From: Candidatus Amesbacteria bacterium
GTDB taxonomy: Bacteria > Patescibacteriota > Microgenomatia > CAZETR01 > Amesbacteraceae
NCBI GenBank assembly: GCA_963736875.1
Contig: CAVTQH010000002.1
Location: 5,294-69,293 of the forward strand
Direction of reading: 5' to 3'
DNA: 64,000 nt
Made by a program: the position numbers and the translations under genes. Shown piece by piece: positions 29,078-37,798 of this stretch (positions are counted from its first letter, which is position 1; every line of letters begins with the position of its first letter). A model generated the notes under the pieces. It saw nothing but the letters and a program-made list of their open reading frames with translations. It did not search any database and was not told where the DNA came from.

Positions 29078-30268
29078 ATGTTACGGGAACTTTCCGGCCA
29101 TCGCTTCCTCACCCATCTTGCCTTGTTTTGCATCCTCAATATCTTCTTTTATCTTTTCATTGCTACCCAATATCACCGGATTCCTTTCAATCGGCTCACT
29201 TATACTCTCGGCTACCATCACTTCCTCCCCGATCCCCGGGCTTCCGGTGGTAAATTCAGTCTTCTTTCCGCCATGGCTCAGAGTGACTCCCAGTGGTACT
29301 TTAAAATCGCTTCCCAGGGATATTCTTATTCCCCCCGTCCCCAGACCATCCGGGACAAATCCGTGATGCAAAATCTCACTTTTGCCTACTTTCCCCTCTT
29401 CCCTCTTCTCCTTAAACTCACTGATTTCTTCTTCTCCCGCATCGAACTCTCTGCTTTCGTTCTTACTAATCTTCTCCTTGTCTCCACTTTCTCCAGCTTG
29501 TATCTGGTCATCTCCCGCCTTTATTCTCCCTCTCTGGCCGCCAAAACCACCTGGCTGGTCTTCCTTTTTCCCTTCTCCGTTTACTTCAGAAGCTATTACG
29601 CCGATTGTCTCCAGCTATTACTGATTATCTGGTTTACATATTTCCTCATACAGAAAAAGTTCCTTCCCTCGGCCGTTTTTCTGGGTCTTCTCAACATCAC
29701 TAAAGGTATCACTCTTCCCCTAAATCTTCTTCTCTTTATTCCCTTGGCCGTGCAATTTCTCAGGCACCGTCTCCGCCCGGTTAAAGCGTTTTTGTATATC
29801 CTGATTGCCGCATTCCCGTTAGGTATATGGATAGCGTATAACTTCTTTCAAACAGGTAGTCCCTTCTTTTTCCTTACCGTCCAATCGTCCTGGTTTCACT
29901 TCCATTCCCAGCTTCCTCCCGCGGCTTACAACCTGCTTGTAGTTTTTTCCCTTCCCCGCCTTCCTTTTCACTCCGACCACTACTCACAAATTGATGTCCT
30001 CATCGCAATTACCACTCTCTTTCTCATCATCAGAAGCCGTAAGTTCCTTTTCCCGCCTTTCTGGTGGACCAGCCTGATTATCTGGGCCGTCCCTTTTACC
30101 ACCAGTGATCTTATGTCCTTTGGCCGGTATCAGGCTGTTTCCTTCCCCGTCTTCCTCTACCTCTCTTCCCGCCTGAAATCCTTTCCCCACTTCATCCTTC
30201 TCTTTCTTTTTACTGTTGTTTTTTTCATCACCTCCCTCTTTTATGTAAATTGGTATTGGGTCGGCTAA
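29078..30268 (+). CDS. polytopic membrane protein (GT-C-like)
   Basis: ~12 TM helices; Phe/Leu-rich. Confidence 0.35.
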   Translation: MLRELSGHRFLTHLALFCILNIFFYLFIATQYHRIPFNRLTYTLGYHHFLPDPRASGGKFSLLSAMAQSDSQWYFKIASQGYSYSPRPQTIRDKSVMQNLTFAYFPLFPLLLKLTDFFFSRIELSAFVLTNLLLVSTFSSLYLVISRLYSPSLAAKTTWLVFLFPFSVYFRSYYADCLQLLLIIWFTYFLIQKKFLPSAVFLGLLNITKGITLPLNLLLFIPLAVQFLRHRLRPVKAFLYILIAAFPLGIWIAYNFFQTGSPFFFLTVQSSWFHFHSQLPPAAYNLLVVFSLPRLPFHSDHYSQIDVLIAITTLFLIIRSRKFLFPPFWWTSLIIWAVPFTTSDLMSFGRYQAVSFPVFLYLSSRLKSFPHFILLFLFTVVFFITSLFYVNWYWVG

Positions 30269-31746
30269 TTCCACCCGCTGGTATAAACTACCGCCGTGTC
30301 ATCTTCGTAAACTTTTTTCCAGCCTTCCTTTTCCAGCTCATCTGTCAGCTTCTTTTGCTCACCACCCCCGACAAATCTCTTAAGCCATGGTATTTCTGAC
30401 AGGTCTATTATGGGTTTGGCAATTTTTCCGTCCCCTCTTGGCCACAACACCACCCCTATCCCGTATTTCTTAAACAATTCTTTAAACTCGCCCTCATCCT
30501 CAATCTTTATATAATCCTTAAATGCCCAATCACTCTCACCAACAGGTGCTTTCCACCTCCAGCTCGGCATCCGCCCGTCGACAAATACTTTTTCCCCGGA
30601 TAATTTCCATATCAGATACCCTCCCCACCCGTAGTTGGAAAAAAGTCTTCCCTCAAAATTATTCTGCCTCAAAAACTCAACTGCCTTTACCGGATAACTT
30701 ATCCCTTTTCCTGCCGCTGTCTGCCAAAACACCACCCCGGTCTCTTGAACAAATACCACTGCCGCCACCAGAGCCAGCACCAGATAAAACTGTTTGGCCC
30801 TTTTTAAAGCCAGTTTATCCCTTTTGATCTTCTCATATCCGATCCTAATATTTTCAGCGGCTATGGGTATTCCGACTATCATAAGAAGCGGAGCATTTCT
30901 CAGACTGGATAATGCCGCCGCAAACAGGATTGCCGCCACCGCCAGTCTCCATTTTTCCCTCCCCCACCCGTAGATCTTTATTAAAGCGAAAGCCAAAGCC
31001 ACCACCATCCAAAATCCCAGTTCTGCCCTGACATAAAAAGGCTGCCATTCGGCAATATTGCTCCTCAATCCGGTGTCTGAAATCTGCATCCATACCTCAT
31101 GCCATAATCCGATTCCATACGGATTTACCAAAGTCGCTAAAAGTCCCAAACCCCACACCATCATATCTGAAGTTTCAATTTTCCTTTGTTCCCAAAATTT
31201 CACTCCCAAAATTATTGCCAAGATTACCGGCCCCAGCATAAATCCTCCGTGCAAATTCGCCCAAACCGTAAATAAAATCGGTGTTATCCACCTCCATCTC
31301 TTCCATGTTTTTTCCTCCGTTACACGCATCAGTATGGCCACAAACAGCCAGTCCTCCACTTGCGGTCTTATTCCAAACCGCACCAGCAACACCCCCGTTC
31401 CCATTAATATCGGTGTCAATCCCCAACTCCAATTCGAAACCGGAATAATCACCATAATCGCCAGAATCGCCATTGCCGAAAATATCGCCGCCAGCCCTGC
31501 TATCCCAATTTCAGGGTACAATTTAGCAATAATCATATTCGTCAACCATTCGTGGTCCACAAACGGATAACTGGGCATGGTATAGGAAAAAGGGTCCGTC
31601 TTGGGAATTCCCCGGGTTATTAGAATTTCCCCCATCCGTAAATGCCACCCGAAATCCGGATCCAGTGTTTTCCATCCGATAAAAGTAAATATTGCCCACA
31701 ATATCAACATTCCCGATATAAATAACCACCGGCTTTTGTTTCTCAT
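30265..31746 (-). CDS. polytopic membrane protein with C-terminal extracytoplasmic domain (paralog 1)
   Basis: N-terminal DPDFGWHLRMGE...SYTMPSYPFVDHEW motif region, ~9 TM, then a ~150-aa soluble C-terminal domain (YGWGGYL.WK...FVDGRM). Confidence 0.5.
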   Translation of the reverse strand: MRNKSRWLFISGMLILWAIFTFIGWKTLDPDFGWHLRMGEILITRGIPKTDPFSYTMPSYPFVDHEWLTNMIIAKLYPEIGIAGLAAIFSAMAILAIMVIIPVSNWSWGLTPILMGTGVLLVRFGIRPQVEDWLFVAILMRVTEEKTWKRWRWITPILFTVWANLHGGFMLGPVILAIILGVKFWEQRKIETSDMMVWGLGLLATLVNPYGIGLWHEVWMQISDTGLRSNIAEWQPFYVRAELGFWMVVALAFALIKIYGWGREKWRLAVAAILFAAALSSLRNAPLLMIVGIPIAAENIRIGYEKIKRDKLALKRAKQFYLVLALVAAVVFVQETGVVFWQTAAGKGISYPVKAVEFLRQNNFEGRLFSNYGWGGYLIWKLSGEKVFVDGRMPSWRWKAPVGESDWAFKDYIKIEDEGEFKELFKKYGIGVVLWPRGDGKIAKPIIDLSEIPWLKRFVGGGEQKKLTDELEKEGWKKVYEDDTAVVYTSGWN

Positions 31747-32519
31747 ATCTTCTCCAAAATTACCGCCACATTATCCTCATACACTTTGGTCCATCCCCGG
31801 GCAAGCAGTTCCTCCGCCAGATCAAAACCTTCTTCCGGCCTTCCTCCCTGCCTTGACCATTTCAAAAGAAACTTGGTCTCCGAAAATCCCTTCCGGCTTT
31901 CTAATATTACAGTCCTGATTCCGTACTTATTCCAGATTTCCTCAGCCGGAATCTCTCCTTTTAATACCCCGAGGTAATCCTTAAAAACCCTGTTACTCTC
32001 CCCCGAAGGAGTGTCATCCGCCACCCAATAGTCCATTCTTCCGTCAATAAACCACTTTTCATCAGGCATTTTCCATTCCAGATACCCGCCCCAGCCGTAT
32101 TTATTAAAAGCTCTTCCCGGATAATCGTGAGTCTTTAAATATTCCACCGCTCCTACCGGAAAATTTCTCCTTTCATAAAAAACCGCCCGGGTCATTGTGA
32201 TTACCGCCTCCCCCGCAAAAATCACCCCGCTGACAATCAGCAACAATTTTTCAAATCCCCTCCACCTGTTCCCGGCTTCCTTGTTTTTCTTTATTCCGGC
32301 TTTTAATAAAATCCAGCTGTCGGCAGCAGCCAAAGCCAGCGCTATCGCTCCCAATGGCCCATGCCGTAAATTCCAAAGTGCCGCCAGCCATAATCCCGCT
32401 ATTACACTCATTCGCGCAAAATCCGCCTTTTTGCCCGCATACCACCCCACCGCAACCATCGCCACCAGTGCCCACAATCCCAGGTCCAGTCTGTCATAAA
32501 AAGGTCGCCCATTCGGCAA
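31743..32519 (-). CDS. C-terminal half of paralog 2 of the 30265..31746 family
   Basis: AVEYLKTHDYPGRAFNKYGWGGYLEWKMPDEKWFIDGRM aligns with the C-terminal domain of paralog 1. Confidence 0.45.
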   Translation of the reverse strand: MPNGRPFYDRLDLGLWALVAMVAVGWYAGKKADFARMSVIAGLWLAALWNLRHGPLGAIALALAAADSWILLKAGIKKNKEAGNRWRGFEKLLLIVSGVIFAGEAVITMTRAVFYERRNFPVGAVEYLKTHDYPGRAFNKYGWGGYLEWKMPDEKWFIDGRMDYWVADDTPSGESNRVFKDYLGVLKGEIPAEEIWNKYGIRTVILESRKGFSETKFLLKWSRQGGRPEEGFDLAEELLARGWTKVYEDNVAVILEKI

Positions 32520-32636
32520 TTGTCCCCCGGTTAATTCCCGTGCTGGCTGTTTGTCTGATTACCTCCGCCCAGGTACGTATCCCGTAAGGGTTAATAAAAG
32601 TCGCGATTATTCCCGACCCCCACCAGAACCAGTTTT

Positions 32637-33212
32637 TTATATCCGTTTTTCGTCTCCGTAATGGCCTTTATCCCCAGCCACACCCCGGCAATACCTATTC
32701 CCAAGCGGAAAACTGCCGTGTAAATTAACCCAAAAAAGCATTAATACCGGATACCATTTCCTCAGCTTTCTCCACCCGGCTTCATTCCATAGCCAACGCA
32801 CTAAAATCGCCAGCAAAAGCCATGATACTACCTGCACCCTCACCCCGAACCGGGACAGCATCACCGACCAGGTTAATAATGCCGCCGTCCAGCCAATTTT
32901 CCCTTCTTTTAAGGGTACCGCTATTAACACTGCTCCAACCGCTATCACGGCGTAGATTGCGGCCAGCCCCGTCATCCCCAACCAGGGAAACAGTTTGTAC
33001 CAAAGTACCTCTGTCCCCCACCCATAATCTACAAACGGATAACTGGGCATTGTGTAGGAAAACAGGTCCCTTGCAGGAATCCCCGTCTTGGCAATTACTT
33101 CTCCCATCCGCAAATGCCACCCGAAATCCGCGTCCAGAATCATGGCCCCGTTTGCCGCAAACACCAGCCACACTCCCGCCAAAACCACCCACCCCCGCTT
33201 CCCGATTTTACT
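32637..33212 (-). CDS. N-terminal half of paralog 2 (disrupted copy)
   Basis: MSKIGKRGWVVLAGVWLV...DADFGWHLRMGEVIAKTGIPARDLFSYTMPSYPFVDYGW aligns with the paralog 1 N-terminus. Ends in junk (GNRYCRGVAGDKGHYGDEKRI). Start re-chosen so as not to overlap the tRNA at 33247. Confidence 0.4.
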   Translation of the reverse strand, partial: SKIGKRGWVVLAGVWLVFAANGAMILDADFGWHLRMGEVIAKTGIPARDLFSYTMPSYPFVDYGWGTEVLWYKLFPWLGMTGLAAIYAVIAVGAVLIAVPLKEGKIGWTAALLTWSVMLSRFGVRVQVVSWLLLAILVRWLWNEAGWRKLRKWYPVLMLFWVNLHGSFPLGNRYCRGVAGDKGHYGDEKRI

Positions 33213-33246
33213 CATGACAACAATTTTACCAGCGAATATCTCCACC

Positions 33247-33321
33247 CGAATGCTAAAATTAGCTTTGAGCACCCATAGTTCAACGGATAGAATAAGGGCT
33301 TGCGGAGCCTTTGATGACCGT
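33247..33321 (+). tRNA. tRNA-Arg (anticodon reads GCG)
   Basis: GCACCCA TA GTTC-AACGGATA-GAAT A AGGGC TTGCGGA GCCTT TGAT GACCG TTCGATT CGGTC TGGGTGC G CCA. Confidence 0.6.
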
Positions 33322-33361
33322 TCGATTCGGTCTGGGTGCGCCATATTCCAACATAAATGAA

Positions 33362-33450
33362 GGTGGGGTGCAGGAGTGGCTTAACTGCCAGGTCTCGAAA
33401 ACCTTGGGTCCGTTTACACGGGCACGCGAGTTCGAATCTCGCCCCCACCG
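33362..33450 (+). tRNA. tRNA-Ser(CGA)
   Basis: GGTGGGG...anticodon loop CTCGAAA, long variable arm, GCGAG-TTCGAAT-CTCGC, CCCCACC-G. Confidence 0.75.
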
Positions 33451-33525
33451 CACCAGAAAGCTCCCTTAGCTCAATGGAAGCGGCTTCGCCTAATCCATTT
33501 TGCTTTCGGTCGCTCATTTACATTC

Positions 33526-33597
33526 GCTCCCTTAGCTCAATGGATAGAGTAGCAGTTTCCGGAACTGCTGATGTGAGTCCGATTCTCACAGGGAGCG
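33526..33597 (+). tRNA. tRNA-Arg(CCG)
   Basis: GCTCCCT TA GCTCAATGGATAGAGT A GCAGT TTCCGGA ACTGC TGAT GTGAG TCCGATT CTCAC AGGGAGC G. Confidence 0.8.
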
Positions 33598-33601
33598 CCG
33601 A

Positions 33602-33865
33602 TTAAATCTTATTCTCCAGAGGAAATTTCTCCTGTACCCACTTGGCTGTCTTATCCATCCAGGTAGCCTGCGGTTTCTCAAACAATAAGTACTTTTCCAT
33701 CACCTTTTCCACTTCATTATCTTTACTCCCCTCCACCGGCAGATAAAATCTCCCCATTACCCCTGTTTTTAACTCCAGTGCCAATAACTTGGTCCCCAGC
33801 TTTTCCTCCCACCACCACCTTGACAACTCCCACCACATATACAACCGGCCGAATGCTCTTATCAC
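33602..33865 (-). CDS. bPH (bacterial PH-like) domain membrane protein, C-terminal part (frameshifted)
   Basis: LELKTGVMGRFYLPVEGSKDNEVEKVMEKYLLFEK is clean coding sequence; the preceding 15-20 residues look out-of-frame. Confidence 0.4.
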   Translation of the reverse strand: MIRAFGRLYMWWELSRWWWEEKLGTKLLALELKTGVMGRFYLPVEGSKDNEVEKVMEKYLLFEKPQATWMDKTAKWVQEKFPLENKI

Positions 33866-34115
33866 CCTTGTTAGTAATCGAATATTCCACCTGCTCCGGA
33901 GGGGTTCTGGTTATTGCATAATAGTAAAAAGCCCCGGCAATAATTACCAATAAAAGCATGAATTCACGGGCAAAAATCAACACCAGTCCGACTAAAATAC
34001 CCAATACCACCAATACCGACCGTGTTTGTTCCTCTGCCGGTTTATAAGGCCTGCTCTTGGCCTTCCAGGAAAGCAGCACTTTCTCCTGCTCCACCCGGGG
34101 TAGTTCATCTGCCAT
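33723..34115 (-). CDS. bPH-domain membrane protein, N-terminal part (frameshifted)
   Basis: Charged N-terminus, two TM helices, EYSITNKGDKSIR bPH-like start. After ~aa 90 it degenerates into VVYVVGVVKVVVGGKAG. Overlaps 33602..33865 by 143 nt in another frame. Confidence 0.4.
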   Translation of the reverse strand: MADELPRVEQEKVLLSWKAKSRPYKPAEEQTRSVLVVLGILVGLVLIFAREFMLLLVIIAGAFYYYAITRTPPEQVEYSITNKGDKSIRPVVYVVGVVKVVVGGKAGDQVIGTGVKNRGNGEILSAGGGE

Positions 34116-34179
34116 GTTTTAAATATAGCACAAATACTCCGCTCTCTTAAATGTTATAATTTTGAAGCTAAATCCATCA

Positions 34180-34270
34180 GGAAGGGTCGCATAGTGGCCT
34201 AGTGCGGAGGTCTTGAAAACCTCTACCCGATGCTCACGTCGGGTCGCGAGTTCGAATCTCGCCCCTTCCG
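34180..34270 (+). tRNA. tRNA-Ser(UGA)
   Basis: GGAAGGG...GAGGT-CTTGAAA-ACCTC, long variable arm, GCGAG-TTCGAAT-CTCGC, CCCTTCC-G. Confidence 0.85.
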
Positions 34271-34391
34271 CACCAACTTTCAGTTGCGAAGAAAGAGACC
34301 GGATAACAAAGTATTGCTAGCCAACGCACACCATCCCGCCCCTTTCACACACAACCCCACAGGTCAACTTCTTTCTTTCTGGTATCAACAG

Positions 34392-34479
34392 CGGAGGAGG
34401 TGGGATTCGAACCCACGTGAGCCTTGCAGCTCAGGAGTTTAGCAAACTCCCCGAATGGACCAGACTATCGGACTCCTCC
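34392..34479 (-). tRNA. tRNA-Ser(GCU)
   Basis: Minus strand GGAGGAG...GGAGT-TTGCTAA-ACTCC, long variable arm, GTGGG-TTCGAAT-CCCAC, CTCCTCC-G. Confidence 0.85.
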
Positions 34480-35466
34480 CTGACCTCTCAAAAGTCTGGG
34501 GTTGTGGGTACCAATAACTCGAAGGTACCTCTCTACCTCACTCTGATTATACAACCATACCTGCTTATTCTTCGTGTTTGAAATCACTTTCGGAGTCATA
34601 TCTAGATTCTCCAGAACCCTAGTCACAAATTCCAGTAGTGGAACCGACCTATTACTAAAACAAATCTTTAAATATCTGTATTCCTTATTGTTAACCTTGT
34701 ATTTGTGCACAAAAACTCCCCCATCAGTATCCATTAACCCCCTCACACAAGCCATTTTATATTCATGTCTTTCTTCAATCCAACTCGGAACTCCAACCTG
34801 CTGTTTGACTTTATTTCCCACTTTTAAGCCCAGTTCAACCAAATATTCAACCAGCTTCTTACCGCTACAAAAAATGACATTGGCCTTACAGTCTTTCCTT
34901 TTAGAAAACGGGGGTACAAAATTAAAAAGCCTACTTATCAACCCCACAACAAAACCCAAATACTCCTTATCGGCCTCACTATTCAAAGTTATACATACCT
35001 GACTCTGTGTAATCCCACCATCGCCCAATAAAATCCCCACAAACTCAGCCAATTCTGCACTTCTAACCCTCAAAAAGTTAAACTCCCTAGCCCGAGGGAT
35101 TATCCCTCTCTCGCGCAGAATCGCCAAAGTCTTCGCTCCACCCGCCCTTCTCCCTTCTAAAGTAGCAAAACTCCCATGCTTTCTATAGCAAGCCCATCCC
35201 CCCAACTTCCCCTTAAAACTCTTGTCCTCCATCCACCTCCTCCTTAAAACCCCAAGCTCTTCAGGTAACACTACCCCAAATCTCTCACTCAAAAGCACCG
35301 CCGCACCCAAACTCATATTCAACTGACCCCTTCTCCAGTCTCGATAACTCCTCCCTACAACGCCGGCCATCGCTGCCAACTCTTCACACTTCAGTCCACT
35401 TTTTAGCTCAATGTCTAACAAAAACTTCCTCTGTTTCCCCTCTCCAAACTTCACTCTTGCTTGCAT
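34465..35466 (-). CDS. free-standing double-motif LAGLIDADG homing-endonuclease-like protein with N-terminal HTH
   Basis: Two LAGLIDADG-type motifs, ILLGDGGIT and LMDTDGGVF, about 100 aa apart; N-terminal helix-turn-helix-like segment. The 3' end overlaps the tRNA-Ser(GCU) 5' end by ~15 nt. Confidence 0.6.
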   Translation of the reverse strand: MQARVKFGEGKQRKFLLDIELKSGLKCEELAAMAGVVGRSYRDWRRGQLNMSLGAAVLLSERFGVVLPEELGVLRRRWMEDKSFKGKLGGWACYRKHGSFATLEGRRAGGAKTLAILRERGIIPRAREFNFLRVRSAELAEFVGILLGDGGITQSQVCITLNSEADKEYLGFVVGLISRLFNFVPPFSKRKDCKANVIFCSGKKLVEYLVELGLKVGNKVKQQVGVPSWIEERHEYKMACVRGLMDTDGGVFVHKYKVNNKEYRYLKICFSNRSVPLLEFVTRVLENLDMTPKVISNTKNKQVWLYNQSEVERYLRVIGTHNPRLLRGQGGVR

Positions 35467-35514
35467 ACCTATTCCATACCCATCCTAACAAAACCCGAAC
35501 ATTAAATCAACTGT

Positions 35515-36198
35515 TCACCGCGCCAGTACCAATCCCCAGACAGATTTTACCCCGCCCTTTTTCAATACCCTGGCACACTCGTTCATTGTCGCTCCGGTAG
35601 TCCACACGTCATCCACCAGTAAAACAGTCTTTGGTAATTGATTTTTAGTCTTTAGTTTGAAAGCATCCTTCATTGCATCCAATCTTTGTGCCCTGTCTCT
35701 TCCCACCTGTCTTCCTGTATCTCTGACTCTTAATAGTAAATTTTTCATCTCCAGCGACCAGTGACTGGCGACCAATCGGCCGATTACTTCTGCCTGATTA
35801 AATCCCCTTTCTTTTTCCCTTTTCGGATACAGGGGTACCGGTACAACTACCGGTTTTCTTTCCACAAAACCATTCAGACCGGCATATTCCGGTATTTCAC
35901 TCACCCGATCATTTACATCCCTTAAAAGCTCTCCCAGGTAATCGTAATAAAACCGGTGTTTCGCCTGCTTGATAAGTTTTCTGGCTATCCCCTCGTATGC
36001 CCAAAAACAGGTCAATCCTTCCATCCCGTACGGCTCCCGGCAATATTTATGTCTCAGCCCATACCTGCTGCCCCGCCGGCACTGGGGACAAATCTGCTCT
36101 TCTTCCCACAATCCCACCTCACATTTCTCACACACATAGCCTCCGATTTTCCCGCATCCCACGCATTTTTTTGGATATAAAACATCCAATAAGTTCAT
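35515..36198 (-). CDS. comF: ComF/GntX-family phosphoribosyltransferase (competence protein ComFC-like)
   Basis: N-terminal zinc-finger cysteines CVGCG...CEKC...CPQCRR; C-terminal PRTase motif VLLVDDVWTTGATMNE. Confidence 0.75.
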   Translation of the reverse strand: MNLLDVLYPKKCVGCGKIGGYVCEKCEVGLWEEEQICPQCRRGSRYGLRHKYCREPYGMEGLTCFWAYEGIARKLIKQAKHRFYYDYLGELLRDVNDRVSEIPEYAGLNGFVERKPVVVPVPLYPKREKERGFNQAEVIGRLVASHWSLEMKNLLLRVRDTGRQVGRDRAQRLDAMKDAFKLKTKNQLPKTVLLVDDVWTTGATMNECARVLKKGGVKSVWGLVLAR

Positions 36199-36264
36199 GT
36201 GTCAACTTTACTCCCTCCAAACCTTCTGCTCCAGGCTGGATTATGATATAATACAGGCTATATT

Positions 36265-36650
36265 GGGGATGACGGGTATCGCCAGATAAGCACCTTGAAA
36301 TTTCGGCAAGCCGAGCTTGAATCACGCTCGTAAAACAGATTCAAACCAAAGTGCTGATTTAAAAGCACAAGTGAAAGGTTTTTTAGCTAGTCTAAATCCT
36401 TTTACCCAGACTCGCCCCGCGTACGTTTTTAACGCTTAAGCTGGGGTGATCCGGCACCTTAAATTTGCGTCCTTAATCGCAGTTTAAAGTGAAAACCTAA
36501 TTAAGGTGCTCTCCAAAAGATTATGGTTAGTCTCATTGGGGAAAAGATAATTAACCGCCAGCCGTTAGGAGCTTTATCCTAAACAAGCTTGTAACAAACC
36601 GAAATCCGAGACTTATTTGCACGAGGGTTCAACTCCCTCCATCTCCACCA
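36265..36650 (+). ncRNA. ssrA: tmRNA (transfer-messenger RNA)
   Basis: 5' GGGGATGACGGG... and 3' ...GAGGGTTCAACTCCCTCCATCTCC-A-CCA form a tRNA-Ala-like acceptor/T-arm. smpB is encoded immediately downstream. Candidate tag frame begins at a GCA codon ~100 nt in and ends at TAA 36436-36438. Confidence 0.75.
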
Positions 36651-36746
36651 AACGCTCTTTTTGACCTTCTGAGCTTCTGATTAGATTGATAACATGAGCT
36701 AAATTTGTTGACTTTTCGCAATTAAATGGAATAATAAAAACAGATT

Positions 36747-37199
36747 ATGAACGAACAAGACCAAATTGTAGAAAGAAAAAGCAATCTCCCAACCCCAGAA
36801 CGATTTCAAATGGCTGGCAAACTCTCAGATTTAATGGCAAAGACAACTGATTTAGATGAGCCAGAGCACCAAGAAGCTATGGAATTAGGCCTGTCCTTAG
36901 GAACTACAGTAGATGATATGTCGAAAGCAAGAAGAGAACTTTCATCCCTAGCAATCCAGGCAATATCTAAGCCCGAATTATTAGGACAAGTAAGTGTATC
37001 CATGCCTCCCATAAACGACCGGGAGGTTTCAAAAAGACTTACCCAAGTTGCCTCATTGCCAGTCGACTTAAATCTCGCACAAGCCAAAGAACTTTATACA
37101 TACGGCTTTACATTGGGAGTCAGTTCTGATGAACTAAGTAAAATAAGAGGAGAGTTGTCCTCTGGGTCAAGAAAAGCAATAAAAGGAACCGGGATATAA
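36747..37199 (+). CDS. hypothetical protein with internal duplication
   Basis: Two similar segments, LGLSLGTTVDDMSKARRELSS and GFTLGVSSDELSKIRGELSS. Confidence 0.35.
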   Translation: MNEQDQIVERKSNLPTPERFQMAGKLSDLMAKTTDLDEPEHQEAMELGLSLGTTVDDMSKARRELSSLAIQAISKPELLGQVSVSMPPINDREVSKRLTQVASLPVDLNLAQAKELYTYGFTLGVSSDELSKIRGELSSGSRKAIKGTGI

Positions 37200-37360
37200 C
37201 AACAATTTAAGGTTCAGAGTCTCCCATGTGGTCTGTTTGTTTGACCTAGTTGGAAGTTTAGATTCAAATCCCGCCTCTGAAACAGCTTAGCCAGCACCGG
37301 ATACCATCGCCATTTGTATTCCTCAATCTGGTTCCAATTATTCTTCACCATCTCCACTAA

Positions 37361-37798
37361 TTATTTCTCTTCCCTCTCCAGATCTCTCTTTTTTATCTTC
37401 TCCCTTTTCTCATACTTTCTTTTCCCCCGGGCCAGCGCCAGTTCAATCTTTACATAATTACTTTTGGTATACATCGCCGTCGGCACCAACATTCGCCCTG
37501 ATTGCTTCATTTTAGACTGTAAGGCAATTATTTCTTTTTGATGCAGTAAAAGTTTTCTGATTCTTTTCGGATCATAGTTTGTATTATCCGCGTGTTTGTA
37601 AGGATAAATATGCAAATTTATCACAAACATTTCATTCTGACCTTTAAACCTGGCACTCTGTGTCTTCACGTGGGCATTTTCCATATCCACCTGACCCAGC
37701 TTCGCCGACTTGACTTCCGCTCCGGTTAATTCAATCCCCGCTTCAATCCGCTCTCCCAGTTCATAATCAAACCTGGCTTTTTTGTTTATCACCTTCAT
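37361..37798 (-). CDS. smpB: SsrA-binding protein
   Basis: MKVINKKARFDYELGERIEAGIELTGAEVKS is a SmpB N-terminus; ATGA overlap with the upstream gene stop; adjacent to ssrA. Confidence 0.85.
   Translation of the reverse strand: MKVINKKARFDYELGERIEAGIELTGAEVKSAKLGQVDMENAHVKTQSARFKGQNEMFVINLHIYPYKHADNTNYDPKRIRKLLLHQKEIIALQSKMKQSGRMLVPTAMYTKSNYVKIELALARGKRKYEKREKIKKRDLEREEK

Noticed and set aside
33212-33517. 101-aa minus-strand ORF overlapping three tRNA genes
   Set aside because: Spans tRNA-Arg, tRNA-Ser and the tRNA fragment on the opposite strand; spurious.
36650-36747. Rho-independent terminator after tmRNA
   Set aside because: Short T-runs are present but I could not identify a convincing GC-rich stem immediately preceding them.
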